Below, one piece after another: positions 46,498 through 60,162 of a stretch of DNA of 64,000 nucleotides. The stretch is from positions 124,001-188,000 of the forward strand of contig JAWMAR010000478.1 in NCBI GenBank assembly GCA_036785375.1. Reading direction: 5' to 3'. Within the stretch, counting starts at the first letter, position 1; each line of letters opens with the position of its first letter. Origin of the DNA: Leucoraja ocellata. Its lineage: Eukaryota. The notes below the pieces were generated by a model that worked only from the letters and a program-made list of their open reading frames with translations, was not told the DNA's origin and ran no database searches. Position numbers and translations under genes: made by a program.

Positions 46498-46953
46498 GTA
46501 AGTGCTCTGTATAATTCACTCATTCACTCAACAGTTTCTCCCAGCTGTTATCAGGCAACTGAACCATCCTACCACAACCAGAGAGCAGTGTTGAACTACT
46601 GTTGACCTCACTGGTGACCCATCGGACTATCCTTGATTGGTCTTTGCTGGCTTTACCTTGCACTAAACGTTATTCCCTTATCATGTATCCATACACTGCA
46701 AATGGCTCGATTGCAATCATGTATAGTCTTTCTGCTGAGGCAGATAGTAGTTCAGGACCGCACCCTGGTTGTGGTAGGATGATTCAGTTGCCTGATAACA
46801 GCTGGGAAGAAACTGTCCCTTAATCTGGAGGTGTGTGTTTTCACACTTCTATACCTTGTAAAAACATCCTTGCTCGTGTGGGACTGGGATTTCGATGTGA
46901 ACCGATCTATCCAGTGATATTTAACTAACAGTATTTGTTTTTCTGTGCGTTAG

Positions 46954-47247
46954 ATTTCACGGATAAACCCACGATATTCCCTGCTGAATTGGTGGCAGGA
47001 AAGCCTGTGAACATGACCTGCTCCTTCAGCACCACGTGTAATGGAACGGCCCCCACCTTAACCTGGGTCACCCCCGCTGATGTACCCCCGTCAGCCTCAC
47101 ACAGCATAACTCAGCAGGGTGACACTCTGACATATACTTCTGTTCTGTCCCTGACCCCAGCGCTCAAACATCACGGACAAAACCTCACCTGCAGAGTCAC
47201 ATACCCAACTGTGTCATCGGAGCAGACCCTCACACTGACTGTGGAAT
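46954..47247 (+). CDS. Siglec domain-2 C2-set Ig exon
   Basis: DKPTI..LVAGKPVNMTCSFSTTCNGTAPTLTW..SVLSLTP..HHGQNLTCRVTYP; phase 1-1, 294 nt. Confidence 0.9.
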
Positions 47248-48129
47248 GTAAGTACGGAGATCGTTTATTGTGCAGGAACATCAATAATCTATTAGCAGCG
47301 CTGGTATATAAGGTCATAGACGATAGGTACAGAATTAGGCCATTCAGCCCATCAACTCTACTCTGCCATTCAATCATGGCTGATCAATCTCTCTCTCCTA
47401 ACCCCTTTCTCCTGCCTTCGCCCCATATCCTCTGACACCCGTACTAATCAAATCAACACCAAAAGCTGGAGAAACTCAGCAGGACAGGCAGCATCTCTGG
47501 AGAGAAGGAATGGGTGACGTATCGGGTCGAGAGCCTTCTTCAGACTGAAAGTTACAGGAAAGGGAAACGAGAGATATAGATGATGATGTGGAGAGATGTA
47601 TGAACTACCTGATCTCCTGGTTGCTAAACACATGAATTCTCCTTCCCATTCCCACACTGAACTTTCTGTCCTCGGACACCACCATTGTCAGAGTGAGGTT
47701 CAATGCAAATTGGAGGATCAGCATCTCATATTTTGCTTGGGCAGTTTACAGCCCAGTGGTATGTATATTGATTTCTCTAACTTCAGGTAGCCCCGGCATT
47801 CCCTCTCTCTCCATCCCTCCCCCACCCAAGTCTCATCAGCTTCTTGTTCTCACCCAACAAACAGCTAACAACGGCCTGTTTCCTTTATCATCGTTAATTT
47901 TTTGCATATCTTTCATTCTTTGTTCTATATGTCTCTACACCTTCGTCTATATCTCTCATTTCCCTAAACATAGAACTAGTGTGTGAATGTGTGATCAATG
48001 GTTGGCGCGGACTCCATGGGCTGAAGGGCCTATTTCTGCAGTGGATCTCTAAAGTCTGAAGACTAAAGTCTTTTACAAGGATCACCGAAAGTGCCGCAAA
48101 ACTGGTTGCTGAATTTTATCTGTTTGCAG

Positions 48130-48851
48130 ACGCCCCCCAGAATCTCTCAATCACTTCCCCCGACAATGTGAACAATTCCTGGGTCAGTATAAAGGAAGGA
48201 AACTCTGCAGCGATCCTCTGCTCCCTCCAGAGTTTCCCAGCGTCTAACCTGACGTGGAGACATCCCGGTGTCACGCTGAACACAACACATTCCAGCAACG
48301 AGCTGCGGATGGACATAGACATAGACATGGAAAATAGGTGCAGGAGGTGGCCATTCGGCCCTTCGAGCCAGCACCGCCATTCATTGTGATCATGGCTGAT
48401 TGTCCCCAATCAATAACCCGTGCCTGTCTTTTCCCCATACCCCTTGACTCCACTAGCCCCTAGAGCTCTATCTAACTCTCTCTTAAATCCTTCGAGTAAC
48501 TTGGCCTCCACTTCCCTCTGTGGCTGGGAATTCCACAAATTCACAACTCTCTGGGTGAAAAAGTTTTTTCTCACCTCAGCCTTAAGTTGCTTTCCCTTTA
48601 TTCTAAGACTATAGCCCCTGGTTCTGGACTCGCCCAACATTGGAAACATTTTTCGTACATCTACCTTGTCCAGTCCTTTTACGATTTTATATGTTTCTAT
48701 AAAATATCCCCTCATCCTTCTAAACTCCAGTGAATACAAGCCTAGTCTTTTCAATTCCCTCAGCCGACAGGGAAGGACGCTGGGGTCTATCAGTGTGTGG
48801 CAGAGAATGAACACGGGACAGCAGAGAGGGATGTGACCCTCACTGTAAAAT
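48130..48851 (+). pseudogene. Ig domain-3 exon disrupted by an antisense CR1 fragment (~48314-48754)
   Basis: YAPQNLSI..KEGNSAAILCSLQSFPASNLTW..NELRM [CR1] FPQ..DAGVYQCVAENEHGTA; donor reads GTGTGT. Confidence 0.88.
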
Positions 48852-51446
48852 GTGTGTAGACAGACACTGTCATGTCTATGTATAGGCAGATGGTTTATTG
48901 GCCCATGAGAGATGCTGGAATTCACTAACACAAACACACACACTCTCTCTCTCACACACACTCACTCACACACGCAGTCTCCCTCTCTCTTTCGCACAAA
49001 CACACACATTCTCTCTGTCCCACACATGAACATCGTCCCTCACACACACACACACTCTGTCGTTCATACATACACACTCACTCAAACACACACACATTCT
49101 CTCACAAACAATCGCCACACACACACGCGGTCTCTAGCTCCCTCTATCTCCCTCTCTCTCTCTCTCTCTCACACACACATGCACTCATTCACTCAAACAC
49201 ACATACAGACACACATCCTCAAGATCTCGGAGAAAACCCACGCAGGACACGGGGAGAACGTGCAAACTCCGTACAGAAAGGCACCGGTGGTCAGGATTGA
49301 ACCCGGGTCTCTGGCGCCGTGACTCTACCCACTGCATCACCGTGCCGCCCACATCTACAGCCTTGTTTGTTCCCCACCTGTATGTAACCTGTCTCACCTC
49401 TGCCTGACGTTGTTGGATTATATTGGTCTTTCCACCCAGAAACCTTCAATGCCTCCCTCTATGTATCGTCACTCCTCACGTTACTTAAACACAAAGTAGT
49501 GGAGCAACTCAGTGGGTCAGGCAGTGTCTTTAGAGTCATAGAGTCTTACAGCATGGTACCAACTTGCCCACCCCAGCCAACGAGCCCCATCTATACTCTG
49601 CCCACCTGCCCTACTTCGGCCCATATCCCTCCAAACAAGTCCTATCCATATTTGACGTCCATCAGTCTGAAGAAGGGTTTTGGCCCGAAACATTGCCTAT
49701 TTCCTTCGCTTCATAGATGCTGCTGCACCCGCTCAGTTTCTCCAGCACATTTGTCTACCTCCTATCCATGTAAACTGTCCAACTGTTTTTTAAATGTTGC
49801 AATGGTCCCAGCCTCAACTACCTCCTCCGGCAGCTCATTCCTTATAAAAGGACTGGACAAGCTAGATGCAGGAAAATTGTTCCCAATGTTGGGCGAGTCC
49901 ACAACCAGGGGCCACAGTCTTAGAATAAAGTGGAGGCCATTTAAAACTGAGGTGAGAAATAACTTTTTCACCCAGAGAGTTGTGAATTTGTGGAATTCCC
50001 TGCCACAGAGCGCAGTGGAGGCCAAATCACTGGATGGATTTAAGAGAGAGTTAGATAGAGCTCTAGGGGCTAATGGAATCAAGGGATATGGGAAGAAGGC
50101 AGGCACGGGTTATTGATTGGGGACGATCAGCCATGATCACAATGAATGGTGGTACTGCTCGAAGGGCCGAATGGCCTCCTCCTGCACCTATTTTCTATGT
50201 TTCTATGTAGAGAGATAAAGAACAATGAATGTAAGATCGGAGAGCAGGAGGCATCACAGAGGGGGAGCAGTGAGAGGGGGTGTGGCAGAACTGCAATGTT
50301 GTGAAAGATTGCAGCAGGAACTTGATCATTGGCCAGATGAACTAATGAATGGTTAATTGAATTTAAATCAGAGAAATGTGAGATGTTGCATTTTGGGACG
50401 TCTAACAAAAGCAGCACCAACACATTTAATGGTAGGCCTGTGGGGAGTGTTGTAGAGCAGAGGGATCAAGGAGTGCAGGTGCAAGGTTCCTTGAAGATCA
50501 AGTCACAGGTGGTCAAAAAGGCTTTTGGCATACTGGCCTTCATCAGTCAGAGTATTGAGTATAGAAGTTGGGAGGTCATGTTGCAGTTGTATAAGACGTT
50601 GGTGAGACCGCATTTAGAATATTGTGTTCAGTTCTGGGCACCATGTTACAGGAAAGATATTATCAAGCTTGAAAGGGTTCAGTGAAGATTTATGAGAATG
50701 TTGCCAAGGACTGGAGGGCCCGAGCTACAGGGAGAGGTTGTACAGGCTGGGTCTCTATTCCTTGGAGCGCAGATGGATGTGGGGTGATCTTATAGTGAAA
50801 AGATCATGAGGGGAATAGATTGAGTGGATGCACAGAGTATCTTGCATAGAATAGGGGAATCGAGGACCAGAGGACATAGGTTCAAGGTGAAGGAGAAAAG
50901 ATTTAATAGGAACCTGAGTAACTTTTCACACAAAGGGTAGTTGGTGTATGGAACAAGGTGCCAGAGGAGGTAGTTGAGGCAGCGTCTATCCCAACGTTTA
51001 AAAAACAGTTAGACAGGTACATGGATACGACAAATTTGGAGGGATATGGGCAGGTGGGACTAGTGTATCTGGGACATGTTGGCCGGTGTGGGCAAGTTGG
51101 GCTGAAGGGCCTGTTTCCACACGATCACCCTATGACTCTAACTCTCGTCCGAGAGAGGACAACTTCTTCAAAGTAGACATATCTTGAGGAGATTTCACAG
51201 TGGAGCAGACGAAATGTGTAGGAAGGAACTGCAGATGCTGGTTTAAACCAAAGATAGATACAAAAAGATGGAGTAACTCAGCGGGTCAGGCAGCATCTCT
51301 GGAGAGTAGGAATGGGTGACGTTTCGGGTCGAGACCCTTCTTCAGACTAGTTGCATTCGTACTTCATCTTTTCTCTCCGTACTGTCCTGGTTGGCGCGTG
51401 GAATTCTGCCATGTTAACTCGCGTTTAAACCTTCGTTTGTGTTTAG

Positions 51447-51728
51447 ATGCTCCACAAAATCTCTCAATTGCTTACCACGACGATGCGAACAGTTCCTGGG
51501 TGATTGTAAAGGAAGGAAACTTTGCAGCGATCCTCTGCTCCGTTCAGAGTTTCCCAGCATCTAACCTGACGTGGGTACATCTCGGTGTCACTCTGAACAC
51601 AACATGTTCCAGCAACGAGCTGTGGATGGAGTTCCCTCAGCTGGCATGGCAGGACGCTGGGGTCTATCAGTGTGTGGCGGTGAATGAACACGGGACAGCA
51701 GAGAGGGATGTGACCCTCACTGTAGAAT
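51447..51728 (+). CDS. Ig domain-4 exon (intact)
   Basis: APQNLSI..KEGNFAAILCSVQSFPASNLTW..QDAGVYQCVAVNEHGTAERDVTLTVE; 282 nt, AG/GTGAGT. Confidence 0.85.
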
Positions 51729-51969
51729 GTGAGTAGACACACACTAACACATCCCTCGAAACGTCATAAATGATAGGGGCAGAATTAGAATGTTGAATGG
51801 CCAAGTCTACTCCACCATTCAATCATGGCTGATCTATCTCTCCCTCCTAACCCCATTCTCCTGCCTTCTCATAGAGCCATAGAGTTATAGAGCCATTGAT
51901 TCATAGAGTGATACAGTGTGGGAACTGCTCAACTTGCTTTCAACAGCCTACATGTCCCAGCTACACTAG

Positions 51970-52195
51970 TCCTTCGGCACCACGTGTGATGGAACGGCAC
52001 CCACCTTAACCTGGGTCACCCCCGCTGATGTACCACCGTCAGCCTCACACATCGTAACACAGCAGGGTGACACTCTGACATATACTTCTGTTCTGTCCCT
52101 GACCCCAGCGCTCAAACATCACGGGCAAAACCTCACCTGCAGAGTCACATACCCAACTGTGTCATCGGAGCAGACCCTCACACTGACTGTGGAAT
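51970..52195 (+). pseudogene. Duplicated, 5'-truncated domain-2 exon
   Basis: Copy of 47022-47247 lacking its acceptor and first ~68 nt. Confidence 0.85.
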
Positions 52196-53075
52196 GTAAG
52201 TACGGAGATCGTTTAATGTGCAGGAACATCAATAATCTATTAGCAGTGTTGGTATATAAGGTCATAGACGATAGGTACAGAATTAGGCCATTCAGCCCAT
52301 CAACTGTACTCTGCTATTCAATCATGGCTGATCAATCTCTCTCTCCTAACCCCTTTCTTCTGCCTTCTCCCCATATCCTCTGACACCCGTACTAATCAAA
52401 TCAACACCAAAAGCTGGAGAAACTCAGCAGGTCAGGCTGCATCTCTGTAGAGATGGAATGGGTGCCGTAGCGGGTCGAGAACCTTCTTCAGACTGAAAGT
52501 CACGGGAAAGGGAAACGAGAGATATAGACGATGATGTGGAGAGATGTATGACCTACCTGATCTCCTGGTTGCTAAACACATTAATTCTCCTTCCCATTCC
52601 CACACTGAACTTTCCGTCCTCGGACTCCACCATTGTCAGAGTGAGGTTAAATGCAAATTGGAGGTTCAGCATCTCATATTTTGCTTGGGCAGTTTACAGC
52701 CCAGTGGCATGTATATTGATTTCTCTAACTTCAGGTAGCCCCGGCATTCCCTCTCTCTCCATCCCTCCCCCACCCAAGTCTCATCAGCTTCTCGTTCTCA
52801 CCCAACAAACAGCTAACAACAGCCTGTTTCCTTTAACATCGTTAACTTTTTGCATATCTTTCATTCTTTGTTCTATATGTCTCTACACCATCGTCTTTCT
52901 CTCATTTCCCTAAACATAGAACTAGTGTGTGAATGTGTGATCGATGGTTGGCGCGGACTCCGTGGGCTGAAGGGCCTATTTCCGCAGTGTATCTCTACAG
53001 TCTGAAGACAAAAGTCTTTTACACGGATCAACGAAAGTGCTGCAAAACTGGTTGATGAATATTATCTGTTTGCAG

Positions 53076-53767
53076 ACGCCCCCCAGAATCTCTCAATCAC
53101 TGTCCCCGACAATGTGAACAATTCCTGGGTCAGTATAAAGGAAGGAAACTCTGCAGCGATCCTTTGCTCCCTCCAGAGTTTCCCAGCGTCTAACCTGATG
53201 TGGAGACATCAGTGTCACGCTGAACACAACACGTTCCAGCAATGAGCTGTGGATGGTGCAGGAGGAGGCCATTCGGCCCTTCGAGCCAGTACCGCCATTC
53301 ATTGTGATCAGGGCTGATCGTCCCCAATCAATAACCTGTGCCTGCCTTCTCCCCATATCCCTTGATTCCACTGGCCCCTAGAGCTCTATCTAACTCTCTC
53401 TTAAATCCATCGAGTAACTTGGCCTCCACTGCCCTCTGTGGCAGGGAATTCCACAAATTCACAACTCTCTGGGTGAAAACGTTTTTTTCTCACCTCAGCC
53501 TTAAATGGCTTCCCCTTTATTCTAAGACTATAGCCCCTGGTTCTCGACTCGCCCAACATTGGGAACATTCGTGCATCTTCCTTGTCCAGTCCTTTTATAA
53601 TTTTATAAGTTTCAATAAGATATCCCCTCATCCTTCTAAACTTCAGTGAATACAAGCCTATTCTTTACAATTCCCTCAGCTGACAGGGAAGGATGCTGGG
53701 GTCTATCAGTGTGTAGTGGAGAATGACCATGGGACAGCAGAGATGGATGTGACCCTCATTGTAGAAT
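53076..53767 (+). pseudogene. Duplicated domain-3 exon with the same CR1 insertion plus an additional indel
   Basis: Copy of 48130-48851; GACATCAGTGTC versus GACATCCCGGTGTC. Confidence 0.85.
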
Positions 53768-53841
53768 GTGAGTAGACACACACTGCCATGTCTATGTAAA
53801 GGCAGATGGTTTATTGGCCCATGAGAGATGCTGGAATTCAC

Positions 53842-53893
<52 letters not shown>

Positions 53894-56246
53894 TCTCTCA
53901 CAAACAATCGCCACACACACGCTCCCTCTCTCTCACACACACACACACACGCACTCATTCACTCAAACACATACAGACACATATCCTCAAGATCTGAGAG
54001 AAAACCCAGGCAGGTCACGGGGAGAACGTGCAAACTCCGTACAGAAAGGCACCGGTGGTCAGGATTGAACCCGGGTCTCTGGCGCTGTGAGGCAGGAGCT
54101 CTATCCACTGCGCCACCGTGCCGCCCACATCTACTGCCTTGTTTGTTCCCCACCTGTATGTAACCTGTCTCACCTCTGCCTGACGTTGTTGGATTATATT
54201 GGTCTTTCCACCCTGAAACCTTCAATGCCTCCCTCTATGTATCGTCACTCCTCACGTTGGTTAAACACAAAGTAGTGGAGCATCTCAGTGGGTCAGGCAG
54301 CGTCTTTAGAGTCATAGAGTCTTACAGCATGGTTACAGGTCCTTTGGCCCAACTTGCCCACACCGGCCAACGAGCCCCATCTATACTCGTCCCACCTGCC
54401 CTACTTCGGCCCATATCCCTCCAAACATGTCCTATCCATGTTTGACGTCCATCAGTCTGAAGAAGGGTTTTGGCCCGAAACATTGCCTATTTCCTTCGCT
54501 CCATCGATGCTGCTGCACCCGCTCAGTTTCTCCAGCACTTTTGTCTACCTCCTATCCATGTTACCTGTCCAACTGTTTTTTTAAACGTTGCAATGATCCC
54601 AGCCTCAACTACCTCCTCCGGAAGCTCGTTCCTTATAAAAAGGACTGGACAAGCTAGATGCAGGAAAAATGTTCCCAATATTGGGCGAGTCCAGAACCAG
54701 GGGCCACAGTCTTAGAATAAAGGGGAGGCCATTTAAGACTGAGGTGAGAAATAACTTTTTCACCCAGAGAGTTGTGAATTTGTGGAATTCCCTGCCACAG
54801 AGCGCAGTGGAGGCCAAATCATTGGATGGATTTAAGAGAGAGTTAGATAGAGCTCTAGGGACTAATGGAATCAAGGGATATGGGGAGAAGGCAGGCACGG
54901 GTTATTGATTGGGGACGATCAGCAATGATCACAATGAATGGCGGTACTGGCTCGAAGGGCTGAAAGTCCTCCTCCTGCACCTAATTTCTATGTTTCTATG
55001 TAGAGAGATAAAGAACAATGAATGTAAGATCAGAGAGCAGGAGGCATCACAGAGGGGGAGCAGTGAGAGGGGGTGTGGCAGAACTGCAATGTTGTGAAAG
55101 ATTGCAGCAGGAACTTGATCATTGGCCAGATGAACTGATGAATGGTTAATTGAATTTAAATCGGAGAAATGTGAGATGTTGCATTTTGGGAAGTCTATCA
55201 AAAGCAGCACCAACACAGTTAATGGTAGGCCTGTAGGGAGTGTTGTAGAGCAGAGGGATCAAAGAGTGCAGGTGCAAGGTTCCTTGAAGGTCAAGTCACA
55301 GGTGGTCAAAAAGGCTTTTGGCATACTGGCCTTCATCAGTCAGAGTATTGAGTACAGACGTTGGGAGGTCATGTTGCAGTTGTATAAGATGTTGGTGAGA
55401 CCGCATTTAGAATATTGTGTTCAGTTCTGGGCACCATGTTACAGGAAAGATATTATCAACCTTGAAAGGGTTCAGTGAAGATTTATGAGGATGTTGCCAA
55501 GGACTAGAGGGCCCGAGCTACAGGGAGAGGTTGTGCAGGCTGGGTCTCTATTCCTTGGAGTGCAGATGGATGTGGGGTGATCTTATAGTGAAAAGATCAT
55601 TAGGGGAAGAGATTGAGTGGATGCACAGAGTATCTTGCATAGAATAGGGGAATCGAGGACCAGAGGACATAGGTTCAAGGTGAAGGAGAAAAGATTTAAT
55701 AGGAACCTTTCACACAAGTAACTTTTCACACAAAGGGTAGTTGGTGTATGGAACAAGGTGCCAGAGGAGGTAGTTGAGGCAGTGTCTATCCCAACGTTGA
55801 AGAAACAGTTAGACAGGTACATGGATACGACAAATTTGGAGGGTTATGGGCAGGTGGGACTAGTGTATCTGGGACATGTTGGCCGGTGTGGGCAAGTTGG
55901 GCTGAAGGGCCTGTTTCAACACGATCACCCTATGACTCTAACTCTCGTCAGAGAGAGGAGAAATTCTTCAAAGTAGAAATATCTTGAGGAGATTTCACAG
56001 TGGAGCAGACGAAATGTGTAGGAAGGAACTGCAGATGCTGGTTTAAACCAAAGATAGATACAAAAAGATGGAGTAACTCAGCGGGTCAGGTAGCATCTCT
56101 GGAGAGTAGGAATGGGTGACGTTTCGGGTCGAGACCCTTCTTCAGACTAGTTGCATTCGTACTTCATCTTTTCTCTCCGTACTGTCCTGGTTGGCGCGTG
56201 GAATTCTTCCATGTTAACACGCGTTTAAACCTTCGTTTGTCTTTAG

Positions 56247-56527
56247 ATGCTCCACGAAATCTCTCAATTGCTTACCACGACGATGCGAACAGTTCCCGGG
56301 TGATTGTAAAGGAAGGAAGCTTTGCAGCGATCCTCTGCTCCATTCAGAGTTTCCCAGCATCTAACCTGACGTGGGTACATCTCGGTGTCACTCTGAACAC
56401 AACATGTTCCAGCAACGAGCTATGGTTGGTGTTCCCTCAGCTGACATGGCAGGATGCTGGGTCTATCAGTGTGTGGCGGTGAATGAACACGGGACAGCAG
56501 AGAGGGATGTGACCCTCACTGTAGAAT
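56247..56527 (+). pseudogene. Duplicated domain-4 exon with 1-nt deletion
   Basis: 281 nt versus 282 nt; GCTGGGTCTAT versus GCTGGGGTCTAT shifts the frame before the second Cys. Confidence 0.8.
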
Positions 56528-56883
56528 GTGAGTAGACACACACTAACACATCCCTCGAAACGTCATCAATGACAGGGGCACAATTAGAATGTTGAATGGC
56601 CAAGTCTACTCCACCATTCAATCATGGCTGATCTATCTGTCCCTCCTAACCCCATTCTCCTGCCTTCTCATAGAGCCATAGAGTTATAGAGCCATTGATT
56701 CATAGAGTGATACAGCGTGGGAACTGCTCAACTTGCTTTCAACAGCCTACATGTCCCAGCTACATTAGTCCAACCTGCCCATGTTTGGCCCATATCCCTC
56801 CAAACTTGTCCTAACCATGTACTTGTCTGTTTCTTAAACGCTGGGATAGTCCCAGCCTCAACGACCTCCTCTGGCAGCTCATT

Positions 56884-57135
56884 GGGCTAAGCACAATGGG
56901 CTAAGAGTTCGGCTGGCGACCGGAAGGTCGCCGGTTCAAATCCCGCTTGGAGTGCATACTGTCGTTGTGTCCTTGGGCAAGACACTTCACCCACCTTTGC
57001 CTGTAATGGAATGTACGACGGCAGGCGCGGGCATACCGCGACGCCCTGTGTCTCCCTTTCAAAGGAGATGCTAAAAATGCATTTCGTTGTCTCTGTACTG
57101 TACACTGACAATGACAATAAATTGAATCATTTCAT
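56884..57135 (+). mobile_element. tRNA-derived CORE-like SINE with Rex1-type tail, inserted in a CR1 fragment
   Basis: GGTTCAAATCCC B box; TGTGTCCTTGGGCAAGACACTT CORE-like segment; CATTTCGTTG..AATGACAATAAATTGAATC tail. Confidence 0.7.
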
Positions 57136-57612
57136 TTTTTTTTTTTTTCATTCCATACAACAACCAGCCTTTGTATGAAAAAGTCACCCCCCAGGTTCCG
57201 TTTAAATAATTTCCCCTTCACCTTGAACCTATGTCCTCTGGTCGTCGATTCACCTACTCTGGGCAAGAGACTTGGTGCATCTACCCAATCTATTCCTCTC
57301 ATGATTTTAAACACCTCTATAAGATCACCCCTCACCCTCCTGCTCTCCAAGGAAGAGAGTCCTAGCCTGCTCAACCTTCCCCTATAGCTCAGGCCCTCTA
57401 GTCCTGGCCACATTCTCATGAATCTTCTCTGTACCCTTTCCTGCTTGACAACATACTTCCTATATTTCCTCTCTCCTCTTCTAAGATTTGGAAGATTAGA
57501 TAAAATTATTTGAAGCATTGTGTGCAGTTCTGGTCACCCCATTACAGGAAGGATGTGGTCAGGGTGCACAACGCTGCCTAGTTTAGAGAGTATTACCAAT
57601 AAGGGGTTTTAA

Positions 57613-57921
57613 GGGGGGCACACAGTGGTTCAACGGTAGAGTTGCTGCCTCACAGCACCAGAGAGCCAGGTTGAATCCTCACTACGGGTGCTTGTCGGTA
57701 CGGAGTTGGCAAGTACATCCCATAACCTACGTGGGTTTTCTTCAGGTGCTCCGGTTTCCTCCCACACTCCAAAGATATACAGGTGTGCAGGTTAATTGGC
57801 TTGGTATATTTGTAAATTGTCCCTAGTGTGTGCAGGATAGTATATGTGTCGGGATCGCTGGCCGACGTGGACACGGTGGGCCGAAGGGCCTATTTCCATG
57901 CTGTATTTCTAAACTAAACTA
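57613..57921 (+). mobile_element. HE1-type V-SINE, full length
   Basis: Head ..CGGTAGAGTTGCTGCCTCACAGC..; core GTGCTCCGGTTTCCTCCCACACTCCAAAG; (CTAAA)n tail. Confidence 0.85.
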
Positions 57922-58349
57922 AAGAAGAGGTTGGATAGACTTTCTCTGGAGTTCATGTACACAAGTGACGGGAGCACAATAAGGCCATTCGGCCCATCAA
58001 GTCTACTCTGCCATTCGATCATGGCTGATCTATTTCTCCCTCCCCTGCCCCATTCCCCTGCCTTCACCCCATAGCCTCTGACACCCGTACTAATCAATAA
58101 TCTATCTATCTCTGCCTTAAATATAACCACTGACTTGGCCTCCACTGCCGTCTGTGGCAAAGAATTCCACAGATTCACCACCCAGTTGAAAGGCTGAGGG
58201 GAGACCTGATTGAAATATATAAAACTATGAGTTGCATTGAGAAGTTAGACAGTCAGAATGTTTTTCACATGGTGCAAATGTCAAGGTTGAGAGGGCAGAG
58301 CTTTAAGGTGAGAGGGGAAAATCTTAAAGGAGATGTGCAGGGCAACTTT

Positions 58350-58970
58350 TACAATACGATACGACACAATAGAACTTTATATATCCCAGGAGAGAACTAA
58401 ATACACAAACACAAAATACTTGAAATATGAAATTAAAGTGACGAGTGGAAAGGCTTGGGGGCTGTGCAAAGATTACGTGGGAGGGGGGTGGTGGGGAGGC
58501 AAGTCAGTCTCAGTCTACACTATGACAGAAGGGGGAGGAGTTGTACAGTTTGATAGCCACAGGGAAGAAGGATCTCCTGTGGCGTTCTGTGCTGCATCTG
58601 TGTGGAACCAGTCTGTTGCTGAAGGTGCTCCTCAGGTTGACCAATGTGTCACGGAGGGGGTGAGCTGTATTGTCCAGGATGCTCCACAGTTTGAGGAGCA
58701 TCCTCCCCTCCAAGACCAACCTCCTGTGAATCCAACTCCGCCCCCAGGATGGAGCCGGCCTTCCTGATGAGCTTGTTGATCCCATTGGCATCTGCAGCCT
58801 TTGCCCTGTTGCCCCGGCACACGGCAGCGAAGAAGATGGCACTGGCCACCACCGATTAGTAGAACATCTGCAGCTTCTTGCTGCAGATGTTGAAGGAGCG
58901 GAGCCTTCTCAGAAAGCTCTGTCCCTTCTTGTACAGGGCCTCAGAGTTCTTGGATCAGCCCTGTTTACTG
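58350..58970 (-). mobile_element. Rex1-type LINE 3' fragment
   Basis: SILDNTAHPLRDTL..STFSNRL..CSTERHRRSFFPVAIKLYN. Confidence 0.8.
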
Positions 58971-59445
58971 AAGATATAACACTAAATGCTGGAGCAGACA
59001 ATGCTGGAGAAACTCCGTGGGTGAGGCAGCCTCTATGGAGCGAATGGGCAACCTTTCGGGTCGAGGCCCTTCAGACTGATGTGAGGGTGGAGGGGGGGGG
59101 GGGGGGGGGGGGAGAATGAAATAGGCGGAGACAGTGGGCTGAAGGAGAGGCGAAAGCCAGGACTACCTGATATTAGAGAAGTCAATGTTCATACCGCTGG
59201 GGTGTAAACTGCCCAAGGGAAATATGAGGTGCTGCTCCTCCAATTTACGGTGGGCCTCACTCTGGCCATGGAGGAGGCCCAGGACAGAAAGGTCGGATTC
59301 GGAATGTGAGGAAGAGTTGAAGTGCTGAGCCACTGGGAGATCAGGTTGGTTATTGCAATGCTGGAGTAACTCAGTGGGACAGGCAGCGTCGCTGGAGGGA
59401 AGGAATAGGTGACATTTTGGCGCAAGACCTTTCTTCAGACTGGTG
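58970..59445 (-). mobile_element. Penelope 3' fragments
   Basis: VAQHFNSSSHSESDLSVLGLLHGQSEAHRKLEEQHL and terminal repeat. Confidence 0.8.
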
Positions 59446-59868
59446 ATATTTGTATAAGGTACTTGTACTCCCTGGTAAACTGTTTAACCATGGAGAGAAT
59501 CCACAACACACTGCCAAGGGCAGTGATGGAGGCAGATAGGACAGATCCTTCTCTCCAGAGATGTAGCCTGTGCCGCTGAGTTTACTCCTGCATTTTGCAT
59601 TTGACCTCCTAGTAACATAGAAAAATAGGTGCAGTAGTAGGCCATTCGGCCCTTCAAGCCAGCACCACCATTCAATATGATCTTGGCTGATCTACTAAAA
59701 TCAGTATCCCCGAGTCCTGCTTTTTCCCCATCCCTTGATTCCTTTAGCCCTAAGCGCTAAATCCAACTCTCTCTTGAAAAAAATCCAGTGAATTGGACTC
59801 CACTGCCTTCTGCGGCAGAGAATTGCACAGAGTCACAACTCTCTCGTGTCTTGTTCCTCCCTCTCCAG

Positions 59869-60162
59869 ATGCGCCAGAGATTTCCTGGGATTCGGGATGC
59901 ACTCACACACCCGAGAGTGTCACCTGTGTGTGTTCGGCCAGGTGCAACCCACCCGGAGAGCTCACCTGGCACCTCCCCCTCGCCAACCTCAGCGCAAAGC
60001 AAACCCACGGACGTCTCCACATCTGGCAGGTGGCAAGCGGGCATCTGGTGAATGGCTCCCTCACTCTGAGATGGGGTGGGGGAGGAGAGGACGTGACGGC
60101 CGTGTGCTCAGTCCGAAACCGGCACGGGGAAGCCATGTTCATGGTGTATCTGTGGACGGAAG
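59869..60162 (+). CDS. Membrane-proximal (MAG domain-5-like) Ig exon of the Siglec-like gene
   Basis: APEISWDSGC..VTCVCSARCNPPGELTW..VNGSLTL..VCSVRNRHG; 294 nt, phase 1-1, CTCTCCAG/GTGAGG. TM and cytoplasmic exons not seen in the window. Confidence 0.82.

Larger units (their letters stand above)
47022..56772 (+). repeat. Tandem segmental duplication, unit 1 ~47022-51969 and unit 2 ~51970-56772
   Basis: Collinear, highly similar exons, introns and TE fragments; the junction TAGTCC|TTCGGCACC joins a CR1 tail to mid-exon sequence. Confidence 0.95.
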
